Both the position numbers and the translations under genes were made by a program. The notes beneath the pieces were generated by a model that saw only the letters and a program-made list of their open reading frames with translations, searched no databases and was not told the origin of the DNA. This document shows, piece by piece, positions 16,486-26,390 of a stretch of 64,000 nucleotides of DNA. This stretch comes from an uncultured Oscillospiraceae bacterium (GTDB lineage: Bacteria; Bacillota; Clostridia; Oscillospirales; Oscillospiraceae), in contig CAJOEH010000022.1 of the NCBI GenBank assembly GCA_905233385.1, positions 846 to 64,845 of the forward strand, given 5' to 3'. Numbering within the stretch: the stretch's first letter is position 1; the number at the start of each line of letters is the position of its first letter.

Positions 16486-19466
16486 CTACGGATTCATGAA
16501 GCGATAGAGGAACGTGACGATCTGGCAGCGCTGGCCTTCGTGATGTTCTTCTCCACCGCCCACAGCACCGCGTCATAGTAGTACGCGTCGGAGCTGACGT
16601 CGGAGAACGGATTGGTCTTGTTCGTGTATTCCGGCTTGCCGGCGGCGCGATAGAGGAAGGCGACCGCGTGCTCGCGCTTGCAGAACGCGCCCGGCGCGAA
16701 GTGCGTCGCGTCCGTGCCGGTCGTGACGCCGTTCTCATACGCCCAGAGAACTGCCTTGTAGTAGTAATCGCTTTCCTTTACATCCACGAACGGATTCTCC
16801 GTGATGGTGGGAGCGGGTTCGCCCAAAGCTCTCCACAGGAAGGTCACGATCTGCCCTCTTGTGCAGGTCGCGTAGGGGCCGAAATGTGTCGCGTCGAGGC
16901 CGTTCGTGACCTGCGGCTCGTGGTAGTACGCCCACAGCACCGCGTCGTAGAAGTAATCGGTCTCGGCAACGTCCGCAAACGGATTGTCCAGCTTCACCAG
17001 TTTCGGCGTTGCAACTGCTTTTGTCTGGACCGCAAACGCCGCGTTCTCAAAGGTCGCCGTATAGACGATCTCGCCCTCTTCTTCGTAGGTCGCTTCTTTC
17101 GTCACCGCGGAAGTCGTGCTGACCGTTTCCGTTTCAACGTGGTCGGCATCCGTCTTGCACGTGCGGGTCGCGGCAACCGTGCCGAAGTCGTCCGCCCAGA
17201 CGTATTCCGGCTCGTTCCAGTCGTGGCCGAGGGCTTCGATCTCTGCGCGCTCGCGGCTGAGCTCTTCGCCGCAGACCGTACAGTAGAGCACCGCGTCATA
17301 GCTGCCCGCTTCCGTGCAGGTCGGCGCGACGACGTTTTCACTGACCGGCTCGCCCGGGGTGTGGCCGAGGGCTTCCGTCTCAACGTGTTCGCTGGAAAGG
17401 ATCTCGCCGCAGACGGTGCAGCGCACGACCGCGTCATAGCTGCCTGCCTCGGTGCAGGTCGCCGCAATTTCGTTCTCCGGCGCGGCTTCGCCGGGCGTGT
17501 GGCCGGCAGCAGGGATCACGGCGCTCTCCTGCGTGATCTCGGTCTCGCAGCTCTCGTCGGAGAAGCACTTGCCGCATACGTCGCAACGGTAATAGGCGGC
17601 GTTGCCCACTTCCGTGCAGTTTGGCTCCGCGGCGGGAACGAGGACCGGCGTGTGGAGGATCAAGGGCTCCGTGCTGTAGAGCGCGTCGCTGTCCGCGTCA
17701 TGGGTAAAGAGCGCGTAAAATGTCACGTCCTCCGTCACGGCGTAGAGCGTACCCGGCTCGTAATAACTCGGTTTTTCGGCGGTCTGCGCGACCGGCTCCC
17801 GCGTCCATCCGGCAAAGCGCCATCCCTCGACTTCCGTAACGACGGACGAGGGCAGCTTGACGCTGTTGTTTTCACGGACCGTCAGGCTCTTCTCCGTGCC
17901 GCAGGCCGAGTAGACGACGGTATACTTGGCCCGCTGCGGGACCTTGATGCCGATGTAGATCAGTTCGGGGCTTGCGTCCGCGGGCGGCACGTAGACGCCG
18001 TCCACCGGTTTGACCGTGATCGCGCCGCCGCCCTTGATATCGCAGCTCGTGCCGGTGAATACGATCGGCGAGAGCAGCTCCCAGGGATTCTGCACGTTGT
18101 GGTACTGCTCCGGGTCAAAGCCCTCCTGCGCCTTGAAGCCGTAGATGCCGCCGTACTGATCCTGCGCGGCGTTCGCAGTGACCGCGACGCGGAACTCCTT
18201 TACCAGCTGCGAGCAGTCCTCGCCGGCGGCGGCGGAGATCGCCGAAATGCAGTCGCCGTCGAACTGGGCGGAGATCTGCTGATAGATGGTGTTTCCGAAC
18301 CGCGTGAAGAGGTACTGCGCGAAGAAGGAGACCTGCGAATAGAGCGCCAGGATGTCGTTCAGGCCGTTGTTCCAGTCATAGAGGGAGTAGCCGTTGTGCA
18401 GGTTGAAGTCTGGCTGATACTCGAATTCGGCGGGCGGATCCAGCCAATCCTTGTCGGAACTGCAGAAATAATTCTCCCAGCTCTGGATCCGGGGGACCAC
18501 GGAGCTGCCCGGATAGCAGATCTCCTCCGCGGCCGCGGAGAAGGACTCGTTCAGCCAGCTGGGCATGCCGTAGGTATTGGAGAAATTGATCAGGTGCTGA
18601 TACTCATGGACCATGGTGTTGAAGGTCGAGTCGACCCGGACCCAGTCCTCGCCCTCGCCGAAGTAGTCCGGATAAATAACGCCCGGATAGGTGTCGATGT
18701 TCAGCATCGGCAGTCCGTTGTAGTAGAGATCGGCCGCATAGAAAAATCCTGCCATGTAGCCCCGACCCGGCTCCCAGCCCTCGTCGATGTTGTAGTAGAG
18801 CATATGAAGCCTGCCGTCGGTGCCCATGTCGAGATGATCGCCGAAAGAGGACTGCATGAGATCGAACTTGGTGTCAAATTCGGCGGCGATCTGCGCGGCG
18901 AGGTCGTCGCCCAGCTTGTCGAGCGCATAGACGTTGGCGGCTTCGGAGGTCGGCGTCCAGATATAACAGTGCTCGCCGACGTAAAGGCACTTAAACTGTA
19001 CCTCTCCGCTGCCGGTCGGGGAATAGGGCCCATAGATCTGGAAGACATTCGTGTCGCCGACTTTGAAGTCGGACGAGCTGCCCGCCTTCCGTGCGGGAAG
19101 ATCCTCGGGGGAGCTCACGCCGGTCAGTCTTCTTGCCCGTTCCGCCATCTGCGCGTCCACGTCGAGCCGGTACAGGGCATTGGGATCCGGCTCGCCCGGC
19201 GTAACGTTCGCGTCGATCTCGGTCTTGATCAGGCCGGTCATCGTGCCGGCGGAACAGACGTCGGCGGCGGAGATAGAAGGATTGTAGATGACGACGTAGT
19301 CGCCCTCATAGCCGTCGGCGGGGTCTTCGTCGATTGTGATATCGCCCGCCGCGACAGACTTAAGATCTGCCGCCTGCGTGCCGGCGAATGCCGAAGCGGG
19401 CAGGATCCCGACCAGCATCATGGCTGCCAGGAGGATCGCCAGGACTCGTGATAAGAAGCGTTTCAT
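16486..19466 (-). CDS. SLH-anchored zinc metallopeptidase (M30-like) with InlB-B-like and Cys-rich repeats; last SLH repeat carries a frameshifting deletion
   Basis: Signal peptide MKRFLSRVLAILL after GGAGAG RBS; VHEYQH...WLNESF motif; three SLH repeats; near 16534 the frame shifts to QRCQIVTFLYRFMNP* (stop at 16486). Confidence 0.85.
17220..17620 (-). repeat. Intragenic Cys-rich tandem repeats
   Basis: About 3 units of ATCTEAGSYDAVxxCTVCGExLSxExxExEALGH. Confidence 0.8.
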
Positions 19467-19612
19467 AGTATCTCTCTCCAAATGTTGTTTTTTTGTTCTT
19501 GCTGTAGTTCCATTATAAACGAGAAGCGGAAAAATGGCAATAAAACCAACAGCCCGCGAAAATTTTTTCGGAGCCGCAAAGGCGGCTCCGATAAAAGCAG
19601 AATTGCAAGGAT

Positions 19613-20090
19613 TTACGGATTCATGAAACGGTACAGGAAGGTCACGATCTGCCCTCTCGTGCAGGTCGCGTAGGAGCCGAAGTGCGTCGCGTCGAGGCCG
19701 TTCGTGACCTGCGGGCTGTGGTAGTACGCCCGGAGGACTGCGCTTGTCGCCGCGGATGGAGGCGTCGTTGGTAATGCGAATGCCGTTGTTGGCGCAATCC
19801 AGCGTACAGTCGACCGTCGGGCAGATCCACAGATTATTGATCCAGGACTCGATCATCCAGACCACGCTGCTGTCCGCCGTGGCGTCGCCCTTGATGTAGA
19901 GGATATTGTTGGCGGGCGAATGCTCGAAAATGCCGTCGCCCCAGACGTCGGTCCGGTTGCTGTCCGTGACGCGTCTGCCCTTGATAAAGAGACCGTAGTC
20001 TCCTGCGGACGCGGACAACACCGGGAACAGTGCGATCACCAGCGCAAGCGCCAGAAGAACGGATAAAAACCGCTTGTTGTGTTGTTTCAT
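19613..20090 (-). pseudogene. Internally deleted (or gap-collapsed) SLH-domain secreted protein
   Basis: Signal peptide plus about 119 aa joined out of frame at about 19732 to a final SLH segment AYYHSPQVTNGLDATHFGSYATCTRGQIVTFLYRFMNP* (TAA at 19613). Confidence 0.75.
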
Positions 20091-20181
20091 GCGAAGTCCT
20101 CCTCTGCATTGATTGTCTGAGTATTATTATTCACGCGGTCTGTCTACTGTTTTGACGTTTTTCTCCTGCCGTCTCCGCGCG

Positions 20182-20210
20182 GCATATTCCCCGCGGTCTG
20201 CGCATAAGCT
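20182..20210 (+). promoter_or_regulatory. sigmaE-type sporulation promoter of spoIIID
   Basis: GCATATT-N14-CATAAGCT, matching the B. subtilis sigmaE consensus geometry. Confidence 0.75.
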
Positions 20211-20242
20211 GTTTCGGACACACAGCGAAGGAGGTCAGGCAC

Positions 20243-20491
20243 ATGAGGGAAACCATTGAGCAGCGAGCCTGTGATTTGGCTGTGTACATCATCGAAAACA
20301 AGGCGACGGTCCGCGCCGCGGCGAAGGAGTTCGGCATTTCGAAATCCACCGTGCACAAGGATCTGAGCGAGCGTCTGCCGCACTGCAACCGGACGCTGTA
20401 CCTGCAGGTCAAGGAAGTGCTGGAGCAGAACAAGGCGGAGCGGCATATCCGCGGCGGCCTCGCCACCCGCCGGAAATACCGGGGAGAATAG
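20243..20491 (+). CDS. spoIIID: Stage III sporulation regulator SpoIIID
   Basis: YIIENKATVRAAAKEFGISKSTVHKDLSERL and NKAERHIRGGLATRRKY. Confidence 0.95.
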   Translation: MRETIEQRACDLAVYIIENKATVRAAAKEFGISKSTVHKDLSERLPHCNRTLYLQVKEVLEQNKAERHIRGGLATRRKYRGE

Positions 20492-20546
20492 CGGGGCCGG
20501 TCTTCCGCCCTGCGGCGAACTGCGTATGTTCGCAGTAAAAACACTT

Positions 20547-20660
20547 CTGTCATTGCCCGCTTTATGCGGGCAATCCGTGCGTCATCGATGAGAGACACTT
20601 CTTCGTAAAACGGCGCACGTGCCATGCCTGCGACGGACAGATTAAGTCGGGCAATGACAG
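20547..20660. repeat. TGTC-tagged palindromic element
   Basis: CTGTCATTGCCCG...CGGGCAATGACAG termini. Confidence 0.8.
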
Positions 20661-20877
20661 AGCGAAAGGTTTTCCGCATGAATTATCGCTGCTATTCTCT
20701 GTCAAACAGTACAATTTTCCCGCTTGAAATTGTGCGAAATACTGATTTTTCAAATCCGAAGGGTTTTGCAGCTTTTTCCGGGGTTTTTGCGGTTTTTCCG
20801 GTTGATTATTTGCGGCCGATAGCGTATACTTATATTATAAAAGGGCAGTATGCCCAAATACATAGGAGGAAACGTCT

Positions 20878-21960
20878 ATGAAATACAACCGTACTTACAA
20901 TTTCTCTGCAGGCCCCGCAACCATGCCCGAGGAAGTCCTCGAGGAAGTTCGCGATGAAATGATGAACTACAAAGGCTCCGGTATGTGCGTCATGGAGATG
21001 TCCCACCGCTCCAAGGTCTATCAGCAGATCATCGACGAAGCGGAACAGGATCTGCGCGATCTGATGGGCATTCCCGACAATTACAAGGTCCTCTTCATTC
21101 AGGGCGGCGCTACCCTGCAGTTCTCCATGATCCCGATGAACCTGATGAAGAACGGCAAGGCTGTCTACATCGAGACCGGCGCGTGGTCCAAGAAGGCCAT
21201 CGCCGAGGCGAAGAAGGTCGGCGAAGTCATCGTCGCCGCCTCCTCCAAGGACAAGAACTTCACCTATATCCCCGACTGCTCCGATCTGGACATCCCCGAG
21301 GACACCGACTACGTCTACATCTGCGAGAACGAGACGATCCACGGCGTCACCTGGAACAAGCTTCCGAACACCAAGGGTCACGTCCTCGTCTCCGACCAGT
21401 CTTCCATGTTCCTCTCCAAGCCCTGCAACGTCTCCAACTACGGCATCATCTACGGCGGCGTGCAGAAGAACATTGGCCCGGCGGGTCTTGCCATCGTCAT
21501 CATCCGCGAAGATCTCATCCGCGACGATCTGGGCGATCTGCCGATCTATCTGCAGTACAAGATCCACGCCGACAACGGCTCGATGTACAACACCCCGAAC
21601 TGCTGGGCGATCTACGTCTGCGGCAAGGTTTTCAAGTACCTCAAGAAGATCGGCGGTCTGGAGGAGATGGAGCGAATCAACATCGACAAGGCGAAGGTCT
21701 TCTATGACTTCCTCGACCAGTCCAAGCTCTTCAAGGGCACCGTCGTTCCCGAGGCCCGCAGCCTGATGAACATCCCGTTCGTCACCGGCGATCCCGACCT
21801 TGACGCCGAAGTCATCGCCTATACCAAGAAGGCCGGCTTTGAGAACCTCAAGGGGCACAAGTCCGTCGGCGGTCTGCGCGCCTCCATCTACAACGCGATG
21901 CCGAAGGACGGCGTGATCGCGCTGGTCGACTGCCTGAAGAAATTCGAGGCGGAGCACTAA
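20878..21960 (+). CDS. serC: Phosphoserine aminotransferase
   Basis: YNFSAGPA, EMSHRS, GGVQKNIGPAG (PLP Lys), SMYNTP and GHKSVGGLRASIYN. Confidence 0.95.
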   Translation: MKYNRTYNFSAGPATMPEEVLEEVRDEMMNYKGSGMCVMEMSHRSKVYQQIIDEAEQDLRDLMGIPDNYKVLFIQGGATLQFSMIPMNLMKNGKAVYIETGAWSKKAIAEAKKVGEVIVAASSKDKNFTYIPDCSDLDIPEDTDYVYICENETIHGVTWNKLPNTKGHVLVSDQSSMFLSKPCNVSNYGIIYGGVQKNIGPAGLAIVIIREDLIRDDLGDLPIYLQYKIHADNGSMYNTPNCWAIYVCGKVFKYLKKIGGLEEMERINIDKAKVFYDFLDQSKLFKGTVVPEARSLMNIPFVTGDPDLDAEVIAYTKKAGFENLKGHKSVGGLRASIYNAMPKDGVIALVDCLKKFEAEH

Positions 21961-21975
21961 TCACATAAGCTTCTG

Positions 21976-22275
21976 TGAGGGCGGTTTTTACCGCCCTCAG
22001 CGTGTCAAAAACTTGTGTTTTGACACGCTGGGAGACTGTCAAGAAACCGCAAAGACAAGCAACTCGCACTCGTCGGCGTACATAGGTACGGTAGAGGGTG
22101 AGTTGCGCAGTAAGTCGAAATATTCAATATCCTTTTCCTCTTCCTAAACCTATGGGGACAGATTGCCACGGTTTGCTGCGCAAACCTCGCAATGACAGAT
22201 TCAAAAAGACATTCTTTATTTCGACGGTTTGCGGCTTTATTGGCAGCCGGAGGGTGGCAACTGCCGCCCTTGCAG
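21976..22275. repeat. Composite intergenic repeat cluster
   Basis: TGAGGGCGGT/ACCGCCCTCA and GTGTCAAAA/TTTTGACAC hairpins, a TGTC half-element at 22156-22198 and a GGCAGCCGG..GGCAACTGCC hairpin. Confidence 0.6.
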
Positions 22276-22317
22276 TGTGTAAATACCAATGAAATATTGA
22301 TTAAGGAGAGTAATTCT

Positions 22318-23223
22318 ATGCGTATTCTTGTTACTGACGGAATGGACAAGTCCGCGATCGCCGCGCTGCAGGCGAAGGGTCACGAGGTCGTTGAGCAGTT
22401 CTACGAGCCGGACGAGCTCGGCGCCGCGCTGCGCGACTTCGACGCCGTCGTCGTCCGCTCCAAGACCAAGGTCCGTGCCAATCATATCGACGAAGCCAAG
22501 GGCGGCAAGCTGAAGCTCATCATCCGCGGCGGCGTCGGCGTTGACAATATCGACGTCAAGTATGCCGAGGCGAACGGCATCGCCGTCCGCAACACCCCGA
22601 AGGCCTCCTCTCAGTCCGTCGCCGAGTTGGCGATGGCGCATATGTTCGCCTGCGCCCGCTACATCTCCATCGCCGGCTACACCATGCGCGAGGACAAGTG
22701 GGAGAAGAAAGCCTACGGCAAGGGCATCGAGCTGCAGGGCAAGACCCTCGGCATCGTCGGCTTCGGCCGCATCGGCCAGCACCTCGGCGCGATGGCGAAG
22801 GCGATCGGCATGGACGTGATCGCGTTCGATATCTTCCACATCCCCGGCATCGAAGAGAAAATGGGCATCCCGTACGTTGAGATGGACGAGCTGCTTGCGA
22901 AGTCCGACTTCATCAGCGTCCACGCTCCCGCCGTCGACGGCGGCGCGCTGATCAACGCGGAGAACATCGCGAAGATGAAGGACGGCGTCTGCATCATCAA
23001 TACCTCCCGCGGCACCAACGTCGACGAAGACGCGCTGCTCGCCGCGCTGGAGAGCGGCAAGGTCCGCGCCGCCGGTCTGGACGTCTGGGCGTCCGAGCCC
23101 TCCGCCAACAAGGCGCTCTACAGCCACCCGATGGTATCCTGCACGCCGCACATCGGCGCCGCCACGCAGGAAGCGCAGAAGCGCATCGGCACCGAGATCG
23201 TTTCCATCATCGAGAACTTCTAA
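22318..23223 (+). CDS. serA: D-3-phosphoglycerate dehydrogenase (no ACT domain)
   Basis: GVGVDNID, GIVGFGRIG, INTSRG and TPHIGAAT motifs; start 22318 after GGAGAG; follows serC. Confidence 0.85.
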   Translation: MRILVTDGMDKSAIAALQAKGHEVVEQFYEPDELGAALRDFDAVVVRSKTKVRANHIDEAKGGKLKLIIRGGVGVDNIDVKYAEANGIAVRNTPKASSQSVAELAMAHMFACARYISIAGYTMREDKWEKKAYGKGIELQGKTLGIVGFGRIGQHLGAMAKAIGMDVIAFDIFHIPGIEEKMGIPYVEMDELLAKSDFISVHAPAVDGGALINAENIAKMKDGVCIINTSRGTNVDEDALLAALESGKVRAAGLDVWASEPSANKALYSHPMVSCTPHIGAATQEAQKRIGTEIVSIIENF

Positions 23224-23235
23224 AGGAGAACAGAT

Positions 23236-24585
23236 ATGAACGCATATATTGAAAGTGTCATTGCAAACGTCAAAGCGAAGCACGCCAGCGAGCCCGAGTT
23301 CGTGCAGACCGTCGAGGAAGTCCTTTCCTCTCTGAGCCCCGTTATCGACGCGCATCCCGAATACGAGAAGGCGGATCTTCTGAACCGCATCGTCGAGCCC
23401 GAGCGGATGTTCACCTTCCGCGTCGTCTGGATGGACGACAAGGGCGCCTACCACACCAACACCGGCTACCGCTGCCAGTTCAACGGCGCGATCGGCCCGT
23501 ACAAGGGCGGCCTTCGCTTCCAGAAGAACGTCTATCCCGGCATCATCAAGTTCCTCGGTTTCGAGCAGATCTTCAAGAACGCGCTGACGGGTCTTCCCAT
23601 CGGCGGCGGCAAGGGCGGCTCCGACTTCGATCCCGCCGGCAAGTCCGACGCGGAGATCATGCGTTTCTGCCAGAGCTTCATGACCGCGCTGTACCGCTAC
23701 ATCGGGCCGGACATCGACGTGCCCGCGGGCGATATGGGCGTCGGCGGCCGCGAGATCGGCTACCTGTTCGGCCAGTACCGCCGCCTTAAGGGCGTCTGGG
23801 AGAACGGCGTTCTCACCGGCAAGGGTCTGACCTTCGGCGGCTCTCTGATCCGTCCGGAAGCAACCGGCTACGGCGCTGTCTACTATCTGAACGAAGTCCT
23901 CAAGCATGAGGGTGAGGACATCAAGGGCAAGACCATCGCCTGCGCAGGCTTCGGCAACGTCACCTGGGGCATCTGCAAGAAGGCCGCGCAGCTCGGCGCG
24001 AAGGTCGTCACCCTGTCCGGCCCGGACGGCTACGTCTACGATCCCGACGGCGTCACCACCGACGAGAAGATCGAGTATCTGGTCGATATGCGCGCCTCCA
24101 ACCGCAACCGCGTGCAGGACTATGCCGACAAGTTCGGCGTGCAGTTCTTCCCCGGCGAGAAGCCGTGGGGCGTCAAGGTTGACATCGTGATGCCGTCCGC
24201 CATGCAGAATGACGTCAAGATGGATTCCGCGGAGAAGATCGCCGCCTGCGGCGCGAAGTACTACATCGAGGTCGCCAATATGCCGACCACGAACGACGCG
24301 CTGAACTTCCTGCGTCAGCAGAAGCACCTGATCGTTGCGCCGTCCAAGGCGGTCAACGCCGGCGGCGTCGGCGTTTCCGCGCTGGAAATGGCGCAGAACT
24401 CCGAGCGTCTGGTCTGGTCCGCGGAGGAAGTCGATCAGCAGCTGCACCGCATGATGGAGACCATCCACCGCGTGTCCGCCGAGGCGGCCGAGGAGTACGG
24501 TCTGGGCTACGACCTCGTCGCCGGCGCGAACATCGCCGGCTTCAAGAAGGTCGCCACCGCCATGATGGAGCAGGGCGTGTTCTGA
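23236..24585 (+). CDS. gdhA: NADP-specific glutamate dehydrogenase
   Basis: GPYKGGLRF, GGGKGGSDF, DVPAGD and RPEATGYG motifs. Confidence 0.96.
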   Translation: MNAYIESVIANVKAKHASEPEFVQTVEEVLSSLSPVIDAHPEYEKADLLNRIVEPERMFTFRVVWMDDKGAYHTNTGYRCQFNGAIGPYKGGLRFQKNVYPGIIKFLGFEQIFKNALTGLPIGGGKGGSDFDPAGKSDAEIMRFCQSFMTALYRYIGPDIDVPAGDMGVGGREIGYLFGQYRRLKGVWENGVLTGKGLTFGGSLIRPEATGYGAVYYLNEVLKHEGEDIKGKTIACAGFGNVTWGICKKAAQLGAKVVTLSGPDGYVYDPDGVTTDEKIEYLVDMRASNRNRVQDYADKFGVQFFPGEKPWGVKVDIVMPSAMQNDVKMDSAEKIAACGAKYYIEVANMPTTNDALNFLRQQKHLIVAPSKAVNAGGVGVSALEMAQNSERLVWSAEEVDQQLHRMMETIHRVSAEAAEEYGLGYDLVAGANIAGFKKVATAMMEQGVF

Positions 24586-24594
24586 TCAATTAAA

Positions 24595-24641
24595 GAATAG
24601 AGAATCCCCTGCTTGCGTCCGCAAGCAGGGGATTCTCTATT
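24595..24641 (+). terminator. Terminator after gdhA
   Basis: AATAGAGAATCCCCTGCTTGCG..CGCAAGCAGGGGATTCTCTATT. Confidence 0.75.
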
Positions 24642-24655
24642 CCATAACATACCAT

Positions 24656-24754
24656 ATTTCACTCCGTGCGCACTGCGCACGGAATTTCACATCGCGCGCA
24701 GCGCGATATTTCACTGCGCGAAGCGCAATTTCACTCGGCGCAGCCGAATTTCAC
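24656..24754. repeat. ATTTCAC-linked mini-hairpin array
   Basis: Five ATTTCAC linkers separating four perfect palindromes (stems of 10, 7, 5 and 5 bp). Confidence 0.75.
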
Positions 24755-24856
24755 TCGCCGGCTCCCTCACCGAGAGAGCTGTCGAGCGACAGCAAGACTG
24801 AGGGAGTCGGAACAGCACACGGGCCATTCCCTACGCGCCAAGGCAGATAACAACCC

Positions 24857-24941
24857 GTAGGGAGGCATGCCCACATGCCTCCGCGAAGGACGGTACGCGC
24901 ATATAATCGCTGCACGGAGGCGTCAGGGGATGCCTCCCTAC
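24857..24941. repeat. GTAG-family REP doublet (BIME-like)
   Basis: GTAGGGAGGCATGCCCACATGCCTCCGC plus inverted GTAGGGAGGCATCCCCTGACGCCTCCG; copies at 31325 and 59509. Confidence 0.85.
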
Positions 24942-24980
24942 GCCAAGAGCAAAAATCTATACAATTCGCAAATCAGCAAC

Positions 24981-25040
24981 GGACAGATTGCCACGAAAGC
25001 ACAGCACCCGCACGGGCGCTGCGCTTTCTCGCAATGACAC
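24981..25040. repeat. TGTC-tagged half element
   Basis: GGACAGATTGCCACG...CTCGCAATGACAC. Confidence 0.7.
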
Positions 25041-25049
25041 ATTGAAAGA

Positions 25050-25550
25050 TCATTCTTTGACTTCGTGGTTTACATAATCTATGTATTGATAGGGGATGCC
25101 GTTTTCCTCCATCAACTCGGAGGCGGCGGTCTGTTCCCAGTTCGGGAGCGCGTTCAAATCGGGGAAGAAGCTGTCCGCCGGCGCGTCGGTCAGGGTCTTC
25201 GTGACGAGGGCGCGGTCACAGTACGGCAGGAGCTGCCGGTAGACGCTTGCGCCGCCGATCACGAAAACGTCGTCGGCAGGTACGTCCTTGACCTTTTCCA
25301 GCACCTCGGCGAGACTGCGGCAGACCTCCGCGCCCTCGACCTCAAAGCCGCGCCTGCCCGACAGGATCAGGTTGCGGCGGTTTTTCAAGGGTTTTCCATT
25401 CGGGAAGGTCGAAAGCGTCTTGCGCCCGTAAATAACGTTCTTTCCTTCCGTCAGGCGGCGGAAGCGTTTCAGATCGTCGCGCACGGCGACGAGCAGGCGG
25501 CCGTCCTTTCCGATCCCCCAGTCCGGGGTCACGTTCACGATTGCGATCAT
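25050..25550 (-). CDS. folA: Dihydrofolate reductase
   Basis: DWGIGKDG, DLKRFRRLT, IYGRKT and VFVIGGASVY motifs. Confidence 0.95.
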   Translation of the reverse strand: MIAIVNVTPDWGIGKDGRLLVAVRDDLKRFRRLTEGKNVIYGRKTLSTFPNGKPLKNRRNLILSGRRGFEVEGAEVCRSLAEVLEKVKDVPADDVFVIGGASVYRQLLPYCDRALVTKTLTDAPADSFFPDLNALPNWEQTAASELMEENGIPYQYIDYVNHEVKE

Positions 25551-25559
25551 GGCCGTTCC

Positions 25560-26390
25560 TCAGACCGCGACGGGGATCTTCTCTTTGAATTCGTGGCAGC
25601 GGTAGTCCTCGAAGCGGAAATCCTCGACCTTGAATTCATAGAAATCCTTCACGTCTTGGTTTACATAAAACTTCGGCGCCTCGTACGGCTCCAGCTCCAG
25701 CATCTTCTCCACCATCGGAACGTGGCGGTCGTAGATGTGGCAGTCGGCGATCACGTGGACGAGCTCGCCCGCCTCCAGGCCGCTCGCCTGCGCCATCATA
25801 TGCACCAGCACGGCGTACTGCACGACGTTCCAGTTATTCGCCGTCAGCATGTCCTGCGAGCGCTGGTTGAGGATGGCGTTGAGCGTGTTGCCGCTGACGT
25901 TGAAGGTCATCGAATAGGCGCAGGGATAGAGGGCCATCTCGTGCAGATCGCTGAAATTGTAGAGATTCGTCAGGATGCGGCGGCTGGCGGGGTTGTGCTT
26001 CAGGTCGTACAGCACGCGGTCGACCTGATCGAACTGACCTTCCGGGTATTGGTGCTTCACGCCGAGCTGATAGCCGTACGCCTTGCCGATGGAGCCGTTC
26101 TCGTCCGCCCACGCGTCCCAGATGTGGCTCTTGAGGTCGTGGACATTGTTGGACTTCTTCTGCCAGATCCACAGCAGCTCGTCGATGCACGATTTATAAT
26201 ACGTGCGGCGCAGCGTCATGATCGGGAATTCTCTGCGCAGGTCGTAGCGGTTGACGACGCCGAAGCACTTGACCGTATGGGCGGGGCTGCCGTCCTCCCA
26301 GCGCGGGCGCACGTCCCGGTCGGTGTCCCACACACCCTCGGTCAGAATCTTTTTGCAGGTCTCTTTATATAAAATATCTGCGTAACTCAT
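25560..26390 (-). CDS. thyA: Thymidylate synthase
   Basis: MALYPCAY (catalytic Cys), LNQRSQD and HIYDRH motifs; start 26390 after AAAGGA. Confidence 0.95.
   Translation of the reverse strand: MSYADILYKETCKKILTEGVWDTDRDVRPRWEDGSPAHTVKCFGVVNRYDLRREFPIMTLRRTYYKSCIDELLWIWQKKSNNVHDLKSHIWDAWADENGSIGKAYGYQLGVKHQYPEGQFDQVDRVLYDLKHNPASRRILTNLYNFSDLHEMALYPCAYSMTFNVSGNTLNAILNQRSQDMLTANNWNVVQYAVLVHMMAQASGLEAGELVHVIADCHIYDRHVPMVEKMLELEPYEAPKFYVNQDVKDFYEFKVEDFRFEDYRCHEFKEKIPVAV

Noticed and set aside
16494-20090. 1198-aa ORF as a single gene
   Set aside because: It fuses a truncated SLH gene, an out-of-frame SLH remnant, a terminator/intergenic stretch and the real gene starting at 19466, which has its own RBS and signal peptide.
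22192-22317. Upstream in-frame extensions given by the ORF track (serA 22192, thyA 26450, rrf2 30671, PHP 6855, hydC 9682, adh 58321)
   Set aside because: Homology-consistent starts with proper RBS lie downstream; the extensions run through repeats, promoters or the neighbouring gene.
24656-24754. CRISPR array
   Set aside because: The constant unit is only 7 nt, the spacers are self-complementary and 13-21 nt, and no cas genes are present.
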